Assembly: GCA_028714635.1 (NCBI GenBank)
Contig: JAQTLZ010000004.1
Coordinates: 32,354 to 96,353, forward strand
From: Minisyncoccota bacterium
Lineage (GTDB): Bacteria > Patescibacteriota > Minisyncoccia > Phycocordibacterales > JAQTLZ01
Reading direction: 5' to 3'
DNA: 64,000 nt
Shown here: positions 1 through 8,628 of the stretch, piece after piece
Layout: the number at the start of each line of letters is the position of its first letter
How positions within the stretch are numbered: position 1 is the first letter of the stretch
The notes under the pieces: generated by a model
Databases searched by the model: none
What the model was told of the DNA's origin: nothing
The model's input: the letters and a program-made list of their open reading frames with translations, nothing else
Made by a program: the position numbers and the translations under genes

Positions 1-252
1 TGCTGTAATTTTTTTCAATTCATCCAAACTGCGGGCTTTAAATTGAATAAGTACCGCATTTTCTGCTTTTGTTTTCTCTCCATCTTTTCGTGTGCCATTT
101 CTTTCTATACCAATATTGGTCGAACCAGCTTTAAAAGCGTGGAAATTTTTCTCCAATCTTTCAGGTATTTCTTGGAGGCCAAGAACATCTCGATAAAAAG
201 CTATCGATTCATCGAAATTGGAGGCAAAAATACAAATGTAGGCTATTTCCAT
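1..252 (-). CDS. VOC/glyoxalase family protein (3' end runs off the window)
   Basis: Not in the ORF track. Manual translation from ATG at 252: MEIAYICIFASNFDESIAFYRDVLGL...VLIQFKARSLDELKKITA, with the typical VOC motif 'S.AFYRDVLGL'; the frame is open to position 1. Confidence 0.75.
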   Translation of the reverse strand, partial: MEIAYICIFASNFDESIAFYRDVLGLQEIPERLEKNFHAFKAGSTNIGIERNGTRKDGEKTKAENAVLIQFKARSLDELKKITA

Positions 253-273
253 AGAGATTCGTAATTTTGAATT

Positions 274-1026
274 TTAAGCACCACCACAACCATGTGATGA
301 ATTAGATACGCCCCAACTTTCTCCGGTACGTAAATTAGTCGCCCCATATATTTTTCCTCTTTCATCCCCCGGCGGGCAGTCCGTAGGTATAGAAAACAAA
401 CAGAGATTTACTTTGTCTCCCGGTTTTGAATCGTCGATTCCTTTTATAGTAACATTAGAGACCTGTACTGCACCATTTGTGTAAGTTATTGCACTACCAC
501 TGTCTGGTATCCCCAGTCTTGTTAAGACATTTAAAACCGTCAGGTTGAAGCATTCGCCAATTGTCTCTGGGTATGTCGCGAACTTAATACTCGATTCTAT
601 GGTGTTGAGTAAGAATTGATCGCTTTTGTCGCTTCCGTCTATTTGAATGAGAAAGGCAAGATTTTTCACAATTTTCGTGAACTCACTCTCTCCTTCTCTC
701 ATCGCGCCGTAAATATCAGGCGTGTCTTTTTTCGTATAAACTCTTATAGTCACTTTATCCAACTCACTCGTTTCTTTTCCTGTTGAAGCGATAAGGCTAA
801 GACGTGCAGCAATAAAACCGCCCCCATTTTCTGGTTCTATTTTTGCATATGACGGATAATCAAATTGAAATCCGAATTCTGTATTCGTGTATGTTTTTAC
901 AGAGGTCGTCTCGGTGGGAGTTGGAGTTGATTGAACCTCGGTAATAATTGGGTGATTTTTTCGGTAAACATAGACGCCAGTGCCTATTAGAAGCAAAGCA
1001 ATAATGAGAAGTATGACGTTTTTCAT
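274..1026 (-). CDS. Membrane-anchored/exported hypothetical protein with a PsbP-like segment and a Cys-rich C-terminal domain
   Basis: N-terminal TM helix, Thr/Pro linker, KTYTNTEFGFQFDYP motif, C-terminus LCLFSIPTDCPPGDERG...SHGCGGA. Confidence 0.6.
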   Translation of the reverse strand: MKNVILLIIALLLIGTGVYVYRKNHPIITEVQSTPTPTETTSVKTYTNTEFGFQFDYPSYAKIEPENGGGFIAARLSLIASTGKETSELDKVTIRVYTKKDTPDIYGAMREGESEFTKIVKNLAFLIQIDGSDKSDQFLLNTIESSIKFATYPETIGECFNLTVLNVLTRLGIPDSGSAITYTNGAVQVSNVTIKGIDDSKPGDKVNLCLFSIPTDCPPGDERGKIYGATNLRTGESWGVSNSSHGCGGA

Positions 1027-1058
1027 ATGGTTACTCTAACAAATTGTATAGAAACAAG

Positions 1059-1093
1059 AAACCCGCCTCCAATGGGTTCTTGGAAAGCGGGTT
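1059..1093 (-). terminator. Hairpin downstream of dapB, probable intrinsic terminator
   Basis: aacccgcctccaa...ttggaaagcgggtt imperfect inverted repeat, followed by a T-rich tract on the minus strand. Confidence 0.45.
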
Positions 1094-1116
1094 ATAGGTT
1101 CGACAGAACTTGTTGA

Positions 1117-1935
1117 TTATTCGAGTCCGAGCACCTGCGCCATCGTGTACATGCCGGGATCCTTGCCGACGATCCATTTCGCGGCGCGGAGTGCTCCTCG
1201 GGCAAACGTATCGCGACTGGACGCCTTGTGTGTCAGCTCGATTCGTTCGCCGCCGATGGCGAAGTAGACAGTGTGTTCACCGACGACGTCGGCCATGCGG
1301 ATGGCATGGATGCCGATTTCTTTCTTCGTTCGTACGCCACGATTGAAAGAAGATCGTCCGTGGACTGCGGTGTATCCTGCATTGGGTTCGAATCCTTTGA
1401 GGACGCTTTGGTACAATCTGAGGGCTGTACCGCTCGGAGCATCCTCTTTTTGGTTGTGATGTGCCTCGACGATCTCAACGTCGTAGCTATCACCCAACGC
1501 TTCGGCAGCTTGTTCAACGAGCTTGAAGAGCACATTCACGCCGACCGAGAAGTTCGGCGCGTGGATGACGGGAATGTGCTCGGCAGCACGGGCTATGCGA
1601 TCTTTCTCGTCCCCCACAACGCCTGTTGTGCCAATGATGATGGGGATTTTCAGATCGGCACAGACTTTGGCGTGGAACGATGCCGTTACGGGCTCGGTAA
1701 AATCAATAAAGACTTGCGCAGTGCTCTCATGGTGAAGGTCACTGTCCACCACCACTCCCAGGCCCTTCTCGACGCCGGCGACTTCACTCAAGTGATGGCC
1801 AACCCATTTGTGGCCCCGACGTTCAAGTGCCTCCACCAGCTTCAGTTCCGGGTCTTTCAAGGTGAGCGCGAGCAAGCACTGACCCATTCGTCCAGCAACG
1901 CCGGCAATGCAAATCCGAGTAGGATTCATGACCAT
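1117..1935 (-). CDS. dapB: 4-hydroxy-tetrahydrodipicolinate reductase
   Basis: GVAGRMG Rossmann motif, IDFT, IGTTG, APNFSVGVN, EAHHNQKEDAPSGTA, SRDTFARGALRAA. Confidence 0.95.
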   Translation of the reverse strand: MVMNPTRICIAGVAGRMGQCLLALTLKDPELKLVEALERRGHKWVGHHLSEVAGVEKGLGVVVDSDLHHESTAQVFIDFTEPVTASFHAKVCADLKIPIIIGTTGVVGDEKDRIARAAEHIPVIHAPNFSVGVNVLFKLVEQAAEALGDSYDVEIVEAHHNQKEDAPSGTALRLYQSVLKGFEPNAGYTAVHGRSSFNRGVRTKKEIGIHAIRMADVVGEHTVYFAIGGERIELTHKASSRDTFARGALRAAKWIVGKDPGMYTMAQVLGLE

Positions 1936-2046
1936 TTTCCTTTCAAAATGTGTAGAAATGACTGTGTCGCACAGAGCAACACAAGACCTGTTCCGAGGGC
2001 AATATATATGAATGTGGGGACAAAATCAAACAAAAACTTCCCTTTC

Positions 2047-2077
2047 CACTGTAGCAAGGATTGTCCTTGCTACAGTG
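2047..2077. repeat. REP-like palindrome at the 3' end of the transposase
   Basis: cactgtagcaagga-ttg-tccttgctacagtg: 14-bp perfect stem that contains the transposase stop codon. Confidence 0.85.
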
Positions 2078-2771
2078 AGTTTGGTGCCGTACTGTGCTCA
2101 TTCTCCAAATAATCTTCGATAAAATCGTCCATCGAAGATTTCTGTCCGAAATAGTCGGGAAATGCTTCCCTGTTTAAAATAGATTTTTCGGATCTATCTT
2201 CTGCTATATAATCCGGATAACTTGAATACTGATAAGATTCCAAAAAGCTCTTCATCGTCTTTTTCTCGTTTGTAAGTGTATCAAGATTCTTTTTCCACTC
2301 CGGAAACTTGATATCAAGAGGATTGAGATGAATATATCCAAACATATGACGCATATATCTATCGTTTGCACCAATCAGTTTTGATTTAAATGGTCCACCA
2401 AACAATGCTCCCTGTCTCTGGTATTTAATATTAAAATACATCGAATACGCTGTGCCAAGTTTTTTCATAAACTTCGTAATTCCTCCGTCTACATCTTGCC
2501 TGACTAATATATGGAAATGATTTGAAAGAATGCACCACGCGCCGATGGAAACAATCGGCTTTTCTTTCTCAAGTTCTATGATTTCTTCATATTTTCTATG
2601 TTCATGATTTATCAGATTATCAAGTCGAATAGACTCTTCTGAGTTTGCGACAACAAGGAGCATCATAAACCGCTCATAATCGAATTTAGTTTTGAATATG
2701 ACTCGTTTATCTATTCCGCGATTATAGAGATGGTAGTATTCGTCGGTAACAAAAGGGTCATCTCGAAGCAT
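2070..2771 (-). CDS. Y1 HUH transposase (IS200-like / REP-associated tyrosine transposase, RAYT-type)
   Basis: YHLYNRGIDKRVIF N-terminus, HUH motif NHFHILV, YSMYFN, catalytic-Tyr motif YIHLNP, YSSY. Confidence 0.9.
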   Translation of the reverse strand: MLRDDPFVTDEYYHLYNRGIDKRVIFKTKFDYERFMMLLVVANSEESIRLDNLINHEHRKYEEIIELEKEKPIVSIGAWCILSNHFHILVRQDVDGGITKFMKKLGTAYSMYFNIKYQRQGALFGGPFKSKLIGANDRYMRHMFGYIHLNPLDIKFPEWKKNLDTLTNEKKTMKSFLESYQYSSYPDYIAEDRSEKSILNREAFPDYFGQKSSMDDFIEDYLENEHSTAPNSL

Positions 2772-2795
2772 TCTTATATTTTATCGGACGAGGAC

Positions 2796-2826
2796 ACCCG
2801 TAGCAAGGACTGTCCTTGCTACGGGT
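2796..2826. repeat. REP-like palindrome upstream of the transposase
   Basis: acccgtagcaaggac-t-gtccttgctacgggt; same core as 2047-2077. Confidence 0.85.
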
Positions 2827-2861
2827 TTTATATGCAAGATTTACACATATATACTGGTAAC

Positions 2862-2891
2862 AAAAAAATCGCCGACCTGGCGATTTTTTTT
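2862..2891 (-). terminator. Intrinsic terminator after rpsI
   Basis: aaaaaaatcgcc-gacct-ggcgattttttt hairpin with A/T tracts. Confidence 0.7.
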
Positions 2892-2900
2892 GTTGTTTGA

Positions 2901-3314
2901 TTAACGCTTACTCCATTGAGGCGACTTTCTCGCTTTCTTGAGACCGAATTTTCGTCTTTCTTTTGCTCTTGGATCTCGTTTTAGGAAGCCGAGTTTCTTC
3001 ATGTGCTTACGAAGTTCTGCATCGTGTTCTACGAGTGCTCGAGCTACTCCGTGTCGGAGTGCTTCTGCTTGGCCGGTGATTCCCCCGCCTTTCACCATTG
3101 CTGTGATTTTAAATTTGCTTGCAAGCTTCGCTTCTGTAAGAGGATTCATCACTGACATTCGAAGCTCATTAGTTCCAAAGTAGCTCTCTAGATCTTTGTT
3201 GTTTACGGTGAAAGATCCTTTTGTCGACGGAGTCATTCGAACTCGCGCAATCGCGGTCTTGCGTCGTCCCACGCATTCAATATATCGTCCTTCTTTTGTA
3301 TCTGTTGGTGTCAT
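2901..3314 (-). CDS. rpsI: 30S ribosomal protein S9
   Basis: GRRKTAIARVR, GGGITGQA, ERRKFGLKKARKSPQWSKR. Confidence 0.97.
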   Translation of the reverse strand: MTPTDTKEGRYIECVGRRKTAIARVRMTPSTKGSFTVNNKDLESYFGTNELRMSVMNPLTEAKLASKFKITAMVKGGGITGQAEALRHGVARALVEHDAELRKHMKKLGFLKRDPRAKERRKFGLKKARKSPQWSKR

Positions 3315-3319
3315 TTTAT

Positions 3320-3664
3320 TTATGCGGTGATAGTTAGGTTCTTCATCATTTTTCTCTGGAGCTTGTTCTTTGGAAGCATTCCGTAGACTGCATCAGAAAT
3401 GATTTCTTGGTGGCCGAGCTTTGAGACAACTTGCTTCATGCTCTTTGATTTCAAACCTCCTGGGTAGCCGGAATACTGCTTGTAGATTTTTTCTGTAAGC
3501 TTCTTTTCGGTAACAGAAACTTTTGAAGCGTTGGTGATTTCCACTTTCACTTCTGGCATCGCGTTCTTTGTGTAGCTCGCTTCGTTCTTGCCCATAAGAA
3601 GGCTCGCTGTCTTACTCGCAAGTCGTCCGAGTTTCTGATTTGTTGCGTCGATAGTATACTTCAT
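3320..3664 (-). CDS. rplM: 50S ribosomal protein L13 (short form)
   Basis: IDATNQKLGRLAS, YSGYPGGLK, VYGMLPKNKL; adjacent to rpsI. Confidence 0.95.
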   Translation of the reverse strand: MKYTIDATNQKLGRLASKTASLLMGKNEASYTKNAMPEVKVEITNASKVSVTEKKLTEKIYKQYSGYPGGLKSKSMKQVVSKLGHQEIISDAVYGMLPKNKLQRKMMKNLTITA

Positions 3665-3668
3665 GGTT

Positions 3669-4019
3669 TTATACGAAAGAAATTAATGCCATTCGCGCAC
3701 CGTCGCTCACTCTCTGTGGGAGCTTGACGATTCGTGTGTAGCCTCCTTTTCGGTCTTTATACTTTGGTGAAATGGTTTTGAAAAGGGTGTTCACTGCTGA
3801 CTTCATAGGAAGCTTTGCCTGTACAAGTCGGATTGCTTCACGATTGTCTACTCGAGATGCAGTCACAAGCTTCTCCATGTATGGTCGGAGTTCTTTTGCT
3901 TTTGCTTCGGTCGTAGTAATATGGCCGTGCTTGATGAGAGAGTATGCCAAAGAGCGCATGAGAGCTCGTCTCTGATCTGTTTCTCGTCCGAATTTTCTGT
4001 TTGAATTATGGTGACGCAT
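3669..4019 (-). CDS. rplQ: 50S ribosomal protein L17
   Basis: MRHH...RKFGR, ITTTEAKAKELR, GGYTRIVKL. Confidence 0.97.
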   Translation of the reverse strand: MRHHNSNRKFGRETDQRRALMRSLAYSLIKHGHITTTEAKAKELRPYMEKLVTASRVDNREAIRLVQAKLPMKSAVNTLFKTISPKYKDRKGGYTRIVKLPQRVSDGARMALISFV

Positions 4020-4025
4020 GGGGTT

Positions 4026-4116
4026 AGCTTATTAGCTTCTATGCTTTTTAGCTTTTAAGTTTTGGATTTTGATTTGCATTTTCTAAGAAGCTTACAAGCT
4101 TATAAGCCAAAAAGCT
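4026..4116. repeat. Intergenic inverted array of degenerate 8-mers (AGCTTnnn / AAGCTnnn)
   Basis: agcttatt agcttcta tgcttttt agctttta ... aagcttac aagcttat aagccaaa aagct between rpoA and rplQ. Confidence 0.55.
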
Positions 4117-5083
4117 ATTTCAAAGCGATTCCGAAATTACTCAAAGCTTTCTTGATTTCCTGAACGCCCTTGTTGCCAAGACCGTCGATATCCAAGATAT
4201 CCTCTTCTTTCTTTCGTACAAGGCCTCCGACTGTTCGGATGTTTGCGCTTGCGAGAGCATTGAGAGTACGAGGAGAAAGATTCAAAGTTTCGATTCGAGT
4301 TTTGAGGAATTCTGCATCAAGCTCTTTCTTTGGCTTGCCTTCAGCTCCAGCCTCTTCTTTTGAATCAGCTTTTTCATTCTTCACTTCTTCTTCCTTGAAG
4401 CCGACGATAGCTTTCAACTGGTGAATCATGATCTCGATTGATTTCTCGAGAGCTTCTTTTGGAGTGATGGTGCCATCAGTCTGAATGAAGAGCTTGATTC
4501 GGTTGAAATCTGTTCGGTCGCCGACTCGCATATTTTCTACTTCGTAGTTTACGCGTCGGATAGGAGAGAAAATAGCATCAAGAGTGATTGCTCCGATATC
4601 TACTCGCTCTTTCATAAGAATTTCCTTTGGAATGTATCCGAGGCCCTTTTCAACCTTGAGCTCAATTTCAAGTTCGGTATTTTTTTCTGTAATGCTTGCG
4701 AGGTGAAGTTCAGGGTTCAAAATTTCAACTTGTCCGGAAGCTTTGATGTCTTCTGCAGTCACTTCCTTCGCGCCCTTTACTTTCAGGGTAAGGGTTTGAG
4801 GCTCGTTGGTGAGCATTTTGATTCGAACTCGTTTCAAATTGAGGATGATCGTAACAACATCTTCCTTCACGCCTGCGATAGTTGAAAATTCATGGCTTAC
4901 TCCGCTGATCTTCACAGAGGTGATCGCTGCGCCAGGGAGAGACGAGAGGATGATTCGGCGAAGAGAGTTGCCGATGGTGTGTCCGTATCCAGGATAAAAA
5001 CCGTCTATTTCATAGACTCCGTCGAATTCTTTTTCGGAGATGATCTTTGGCTTTGAAGGAAGAACGATTGTTGGATCAAACAT
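4115..5083 (-). CDS. rpoA: DNA-directed RNA polymerase alpha subunit
   Basis: GYGHTIGNSLRRIILSSLPG, HEFSTIAGVKED, DAIFSPIRRVNY, CTD LSPRTLNAL. Confidence 0.98.
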   Translation of the reverse strand: MFDPTIVLPSKPKIISEKEFDGVYEIDGFYPGYGHTIGNSLRRIILSSLPGAAITSVKISGVSHEFSTIAGVKEDVVTIILNLKRVRIKMLTNEPQTLTLKVKGAKEVTAEDIKASGQVEILNPELHLASITEKNTELEIELKVEKGLGYIPKEILMKERVDIGAITLDAIFSPIRRVNYEVENMRVGDRTDFNRIKLFIQTDGTITPKEALEKSIEIMIHQLKAIVGFKEEEVKNEKADSKEEAGAEGKPKKELDAEFLKTRIETLNLSPRTLNALASANIRTVGGLVRKKEEDILDIDGLGNKGVQEIKKALSNFGIALK

Positions 5084-5191
5084 AGTTTTTGTGGTTAAAG
5101 TTTAAAAAAATGACTTGAAAAATATACCTTATTTTTGACAATTTTGCAAATGTGGATTGTATTGGAGGAAAGCGACCATTCCCCTACTTTG

Positions 5192-5803
5192 TTATCTGCT
5201 ATAAAATTCCAGTACCATTGCCAGATTAAACACGGTATTTATCGGCTCTGCCTTTGGCGCTCCCTGTATCGTTCCAGTCTTCTTTTCATTGTCGAATTTG
5301 ATCCATGAAGGGCAGGTGTAGGTCTTGAGTCTCTCTTCAAGCGGGCCAAAAAGAGGCTTCTTGACGCTTCGCTCTCGGATAGAGATAACATCTCCGATTT
5401 TTGTCTGTGCAGAAGGAATAGAAACTCGTTTTCCATTCAAATTGATGTGGCCGTGGTTTACCATTTGTCGTGCAGCAGCTCGTGTCGGAGCAAGTCCCAT
5501 TCGATAGACGACATTGTCGAGTCGAGATTCAAGCATTGTGTAGAGCTCTTCCGTAGGCTTTACTCCTTTCTTTGTCATTGATTCTTCGACGTATCGGCCG
5601 AATTGTCTTTCTCCCATTCCGTAGGTGAGGCGAGCTTTCTGCTTTTCGATAAGTTGAATGCCGAATTCAGAGCGCTGTTTTGGGTGCTTGTATTCCTTTC
5701 GTCCACGTCGAGCTTCTCGAATCGCAAATTTAGGATTCTGCGTCTTTTCGTAGATGGGAGCGCCGAGGCGTCGTGCTATTTTGTATCGTGGTCCAATTTT
5801 CAT
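5192..5803 (-). CDS. rpsD: 30S ribosomal protein S4
   Basis: GPRYKIARRLG, QLIEKQK, LESRLDNVVYRMG, ARQMVNHGH, EFYSR. Confidence 0.97.
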   Translation of the reverse strand: MKIGPRYKIARRLGAPIYEKTQNPKFAIREARRGRKEYKHPKQRSEFGIQLIEKQKARLTYGMGERQFGRYVEESMTKKGVKPTEELYTMLESRLDNVVYRMGLAPTRAAARQMVNHGHINLNGKRVSIPSAQTKIGDVISIRERSVKKPLFGPLEERLKTYTCPSWIKFDNEKKTGTIQGAPKAEPINTVFNLAMVLEFYSR

Positions 5804-5815
5804 AATGGTAAAAAA

Positions 5816-6250
5816 TTATACGCGTCGAGGTTTTGGAGGCTTTGGGCCGTTATGCGGAACCGGGGTTCGGTCTGAAATTTCAAGTAAATTGATTCCTTTT
5901 GAAATAAATCCTCGGATCGCTGATTCTCGTCCAGAACCGACGCCTTTTACGACGACAGATACTTCTTTGATGCCCAAAACTGCGGCTTTTGCAGCGAGCG
6001 TTTCGCCGATCTTCGCAGCTGCGAAAGGAGTTCCCTTCTTTGCGCCCGCAAATCCGATAGAGCCAGATGAAGAAGCACAGAGAGCATTTCCTTTCTCGTC
6101 TGTGAGGAGGAGCTTGGTGTTGTTGTACGTAGATTCAACGTGGAGAATTCCCCGATCGTACTTCTTTTTTGTTGAAGCGCGCGAAGAAGCGTCTGTTTTC
6201 ACAGCACTTCCACCGGCTCCCGCTTCTGTTGTGATTCTTTTCTTTCCCAT
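5816..6250 (-). CDS. rpsK: 30S ribosomal protein S11
   Basis: STYNNT, GFAGAKKGTPFAA, GVGSGRESAIR, TPVPHNG. Confidence 0.97.
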   Translation of the reverse strand: MGKKRITTEAGAGGSAVKTDASSRASTKKKYDRGILHVESTYNNTKLLLTDEKGNALCASSSGSIGFAGAKKGTPFAAAKIGETLAAKAAVLGIKEVSVVVKGVGSGRESAIRGFISKGINLLEISDRTPVPHNGPKPPKPRRV

Positions 6251-6260
6251 TTAAATTATT

Positions 6261-6641
6261 TTATGTCTTTGTTTCTTTTCGTCGTCCGGTACCCATAGTC
6301 TTTCGTACATTTCCTCGTCGTGTTCGGGAATTGGTCTTTGTTCTCTGGCCTCGTGATGGAAGAGAACGGAGGTGTCGGATTCCTCGATATGCTTTGATGT
6401 CTTTCAAACGCTTAATATTTGCGCCGACTTCTCGCTTCAAATCTCCCTCGATCTTCATTTTTTCGATGATCTTTCGGATCTCGTTTTCTTCTTCAGGTTT
6501 CAAATCTTTCGCTTTTCGTCCGTGCTCGATCTTTGCTTCGTCGAGAATGCTTTGAGCTCGAGAACGTGCAATACCATAGAGGGAGGTAAGTCCGATTTCG
6601 AGTCTTTTATTATCTGGTATTGTGATTCCTACGATTCGCAT
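6261..6641 (-). CDS. rpsM: 30S ribosomal protein S13
   Basis: RIVGITIP, LTSLYGI, YRGIRH..SLPSRGQRTKTN. Confidence 0.97.
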   Translation of the reverse strand: MRIVGITIPDNKRLEIGLTSLYGIARSRAQSILDEAKIEHGRKAKDLKPEEENEIRKIIEKMKIEGDLKREVGANIKRLKDIKAYRGIRHLRSLPSRGQRTKTNSRTRRGNVRKTMGTGRRKETKT

Positions 6642-6650
6642 GATTTTAAA

Positions 6651-6727
6651 TAGGGTTTAGGGTGAAGGGTTTAGGAGGTTCGGATGCTTGGTGTTTTTAT
6701 ACCCTCTACCCTATCCCCTTTACCCTG
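6651..6727. repeat. Intergenic inverted array of degenerate 7-mers (nAGGGTn / nACCCTn)
   Basis: tagggtt tagggtg aagggtt taggagg ... taccctc tacccta tcccctt taccctg between rpmJ and rpsM. Confidence 0.7.
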
Positions 6728-6732
6728 TTTTG

Positions 6733-6849
6733 CTAGCCTTGTCGCTGTTTGTGCCGCGGGTCGCTTTTGCAAATGACATAAACATAGCCCTTTCGTCGGA
6801 CTACTTTGCATTGCGGACACATTTTTTTAACTGATGATTTTACCTTCAT
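6733..6849 (-). CDS. rpmJ: 50S ribosomal protein L36 (Zn-binding type)
   Basis: Below the ORF track cutoff. Manual translation: [38 protein letters not shown]. Confidence 0.97.
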   Translation of the reverse strand: MKVKSSVKKMCPQCKVVRRKGYVYVICKSDPRHKQRQG

Positions 6850-6912
6850 TTAAATACAAGAAAAACAGTATGTAACTGTTTCTGCTCCGGCAAATCTACC
6901 GGACATTAAATT

Positions 6913-7131
6913 TTACAAACGTCTGATGATCCTTCCCTTTCCTCCATAGGGTTCGAGCTCAACTTCTACTTTGTCGCCGATGAGTACTCGAATTCGATTC
7001 AAGCGCATTTTGCCTGAAAGGTACGTGAGCAACTCATCTTTCCCTTCAATTTTGACCTTAAAAAGAGCATTTGGAAGTGCTTCGGTAACTATACCGAGCA
7101 CTGATTCGGGTCTCTGTTGTGGGTTCTGCAT
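6913..7131 (-). CDS. infA: Translation initiation factor IF-1
   Basis: [36 protein letters not shown]. Confidence 0.96.
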   Translation of the reverse strand: MQNPQQRPESVLGIVTEALPNALFKVKIEGKDELLTYLSGKMRLNRIRVLIGDKVEVELEPYGGKGRIIRRL

Positions 7132-7221
7132 CTCCTTTTAAAACTTTGAGCTTCACAATACTAGCAAAAGAATGGGCAAAAAGTCAACACCCTAAGGGGT
7201 TTTTCGGGGGTTCGGCAAAAA

Positions 7222-8586
7222 TTAGTGCTGTTCGATAGTAATTTTTGAGGTATCGGAGGGGAAAGAACGAAGCCAGAATGGCTTGACGACTACCTCGGCT
7301 TTTTCTATTCCGTGGTATGTGGCAAGGATATTTTGGAGTTCTGCCCTTTGCTTGCCGGCAATCTCACTTACAATTTTATCTGTATCAATGACCCACTGCA
7401 TTTTTGGCTGGCCTTTCAGGTGAAATGAAAGGGTACCTGGATCGAAGGGATGTTTCGGATCAGCTTTTTTAGTTTCGTATGTGAGGTTTTCCATATTGAG
7501 AACGGCGACAGGGCCTCCATCAAAATCTTTCAAGGACTTCTCTGCAATCTGATTGCTCAAAGCTCTTTCATCGAACACGATCGCTTTCAAATTTGCGTGG
7601 ACGCCGACCTCAACTGAACCTCCCGCTGTCTGCTTGTCGGGAAGATTTGAGAAATCAGCAGCGTACGAGTTGGAAAAAAGTACAAAGCCGTCTTGTTTCT
7701 TGGTGTTCACTTGAGAAAGGAGTTCAGCAACAGCTTTTGTCTGCGCTCTTTTTATAGCATCTGTGCGATCTTTGTCGGTAATGGTATTGATCTTTCCGAT
7801 GAGTCCTCCCTGCATTGGAGTTTTTGACCTCGCGTAAAAATCTTTGTATTTTGTTGTACCTTTAAATCCTGGAACAGTGAAATCTACCAGTCCGACGTTG
7901 TATTCTTCGCCGGGAGAATCGGCATAGGCAAGGACGCTGACCGAGCCAGGAATGCTTTTCCCCGCTAAAGTGGCTTTCCCGGGGATTGTGACTGACGAAT
8001 CAATTCTAAAGATAAGGCCATCTGTTGTTTCAAGTCTTGTGTTTCGGATGAGTTTTTGCGGAGTGGTGGAGAAATTATTATAGAGGACCACTGTTCCAGA
8101 CGCTTTCTTTTTTGCATCTTGGGTACCGCTCGCTGTAACAAGTTCTTTCGAATCTTCCGATACCGCAATCGTTTTATATCCGATCCCCTTCATCTCTGGA
8201 ACTTCTTGGGCCACAAAATCGCTGTCGAGAGAGGCGTCTGCTTGCCGAGCGGTGACTTTGAGAGTTGCACTCGATGCAAAAGTAGTAATGAGAAATACCA
8301 AAAGGGCGATTCCCAAGATTCCTCCGACAACCCCGATGAGGATTTTTGGAAGCCGCTTCTTTTTTGGGTATTCGTAATAGGAATAATTCTTTTCTTTTAT
8401 CGGTACTGGTTGTTCTTCCCTTCTTGTTTCTCTTGGAGGGGCGTCAGGAATTCTTCTTTCTGTAGCTTTTTCAGCTTTTTCCCGGACAGGAGGAGGCGTG
8501 GGCGCTGGTTTTTGCCGTTTCAGAGGAATGCGCCTAATGCTTCGTTTTCCTGGCGGTATTACGTCTTGAAAAATTTCTTTTGCCAT
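7222..8586 (-). CDS. Conserved single-pass membrane protein (CPR-type; remote baseplate-J-like similarity possible)
   Basis: N-terminal 'FQDVIPP' motif, one TM helix, KASGTVVLYN, A.SPGEEYNVG, C-terminal PFWLRSFP. Confidence 0.55.
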   Translation of the reverse strand: MAKEIFQDVIPPGKRSIRRIPLKRQKPAPTPPPVREKAEKATERRIPDAPPRETRREEQPVPIKEKNYSYYEYPKKKRLPKILIGVVGGILGIALLVFLITTFASSATLKVTARQADASLDSDFVAQEVPEMKGIGYKTIAVSEDSKELVTASGTQDAKKKASGTVVLYNNFSTTPQKLIRNTRLETTDGLIFRIDSSVTIPGKATLAGKSIPGSVSVLAYADSPGEEYNVGLVDFTVPGFKGTTKYKDFYARSKTPMQGGLIGKINTITDKDRTDAIKRAQTKAVAELLSQVNTKKQDGFVLFSNSYAADFSNLPDKQTAGGSVEVGVHANLKAIVFDERALSNQIAEKSLKDFDGGPVAVLNMENLTYETKKADPKHPFDPGTLSFHLKGQPKMQWVIDTDKIVSEIAGKQRAELQNILATYHGIEKAEVVVKPFWLRSFPSDTSKITIEQH

Positions 8587-8628
8587 ACTGTTTTGTATTA
8601 TATGCCTATTCTTTATCTTTACCTAACA

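Noticed and set aside
43-264. 73-aa plus-strand ORF at the window start
   Set aside because: The minus strand encodes a recognisable VOC-family protein over the same bases.
1228-2112. 294-aa plus-strand ORF overlapping dapB
   Set aside because: Antisense shadow of a GC-rich gene with clear motifs; it has no motifs of its own.
7222-8586. Prophage, from the baseplate-like resemblance
   Set aside because: No phage genes nearby; the gene sits among housekeeping genes and has a TM anchor.
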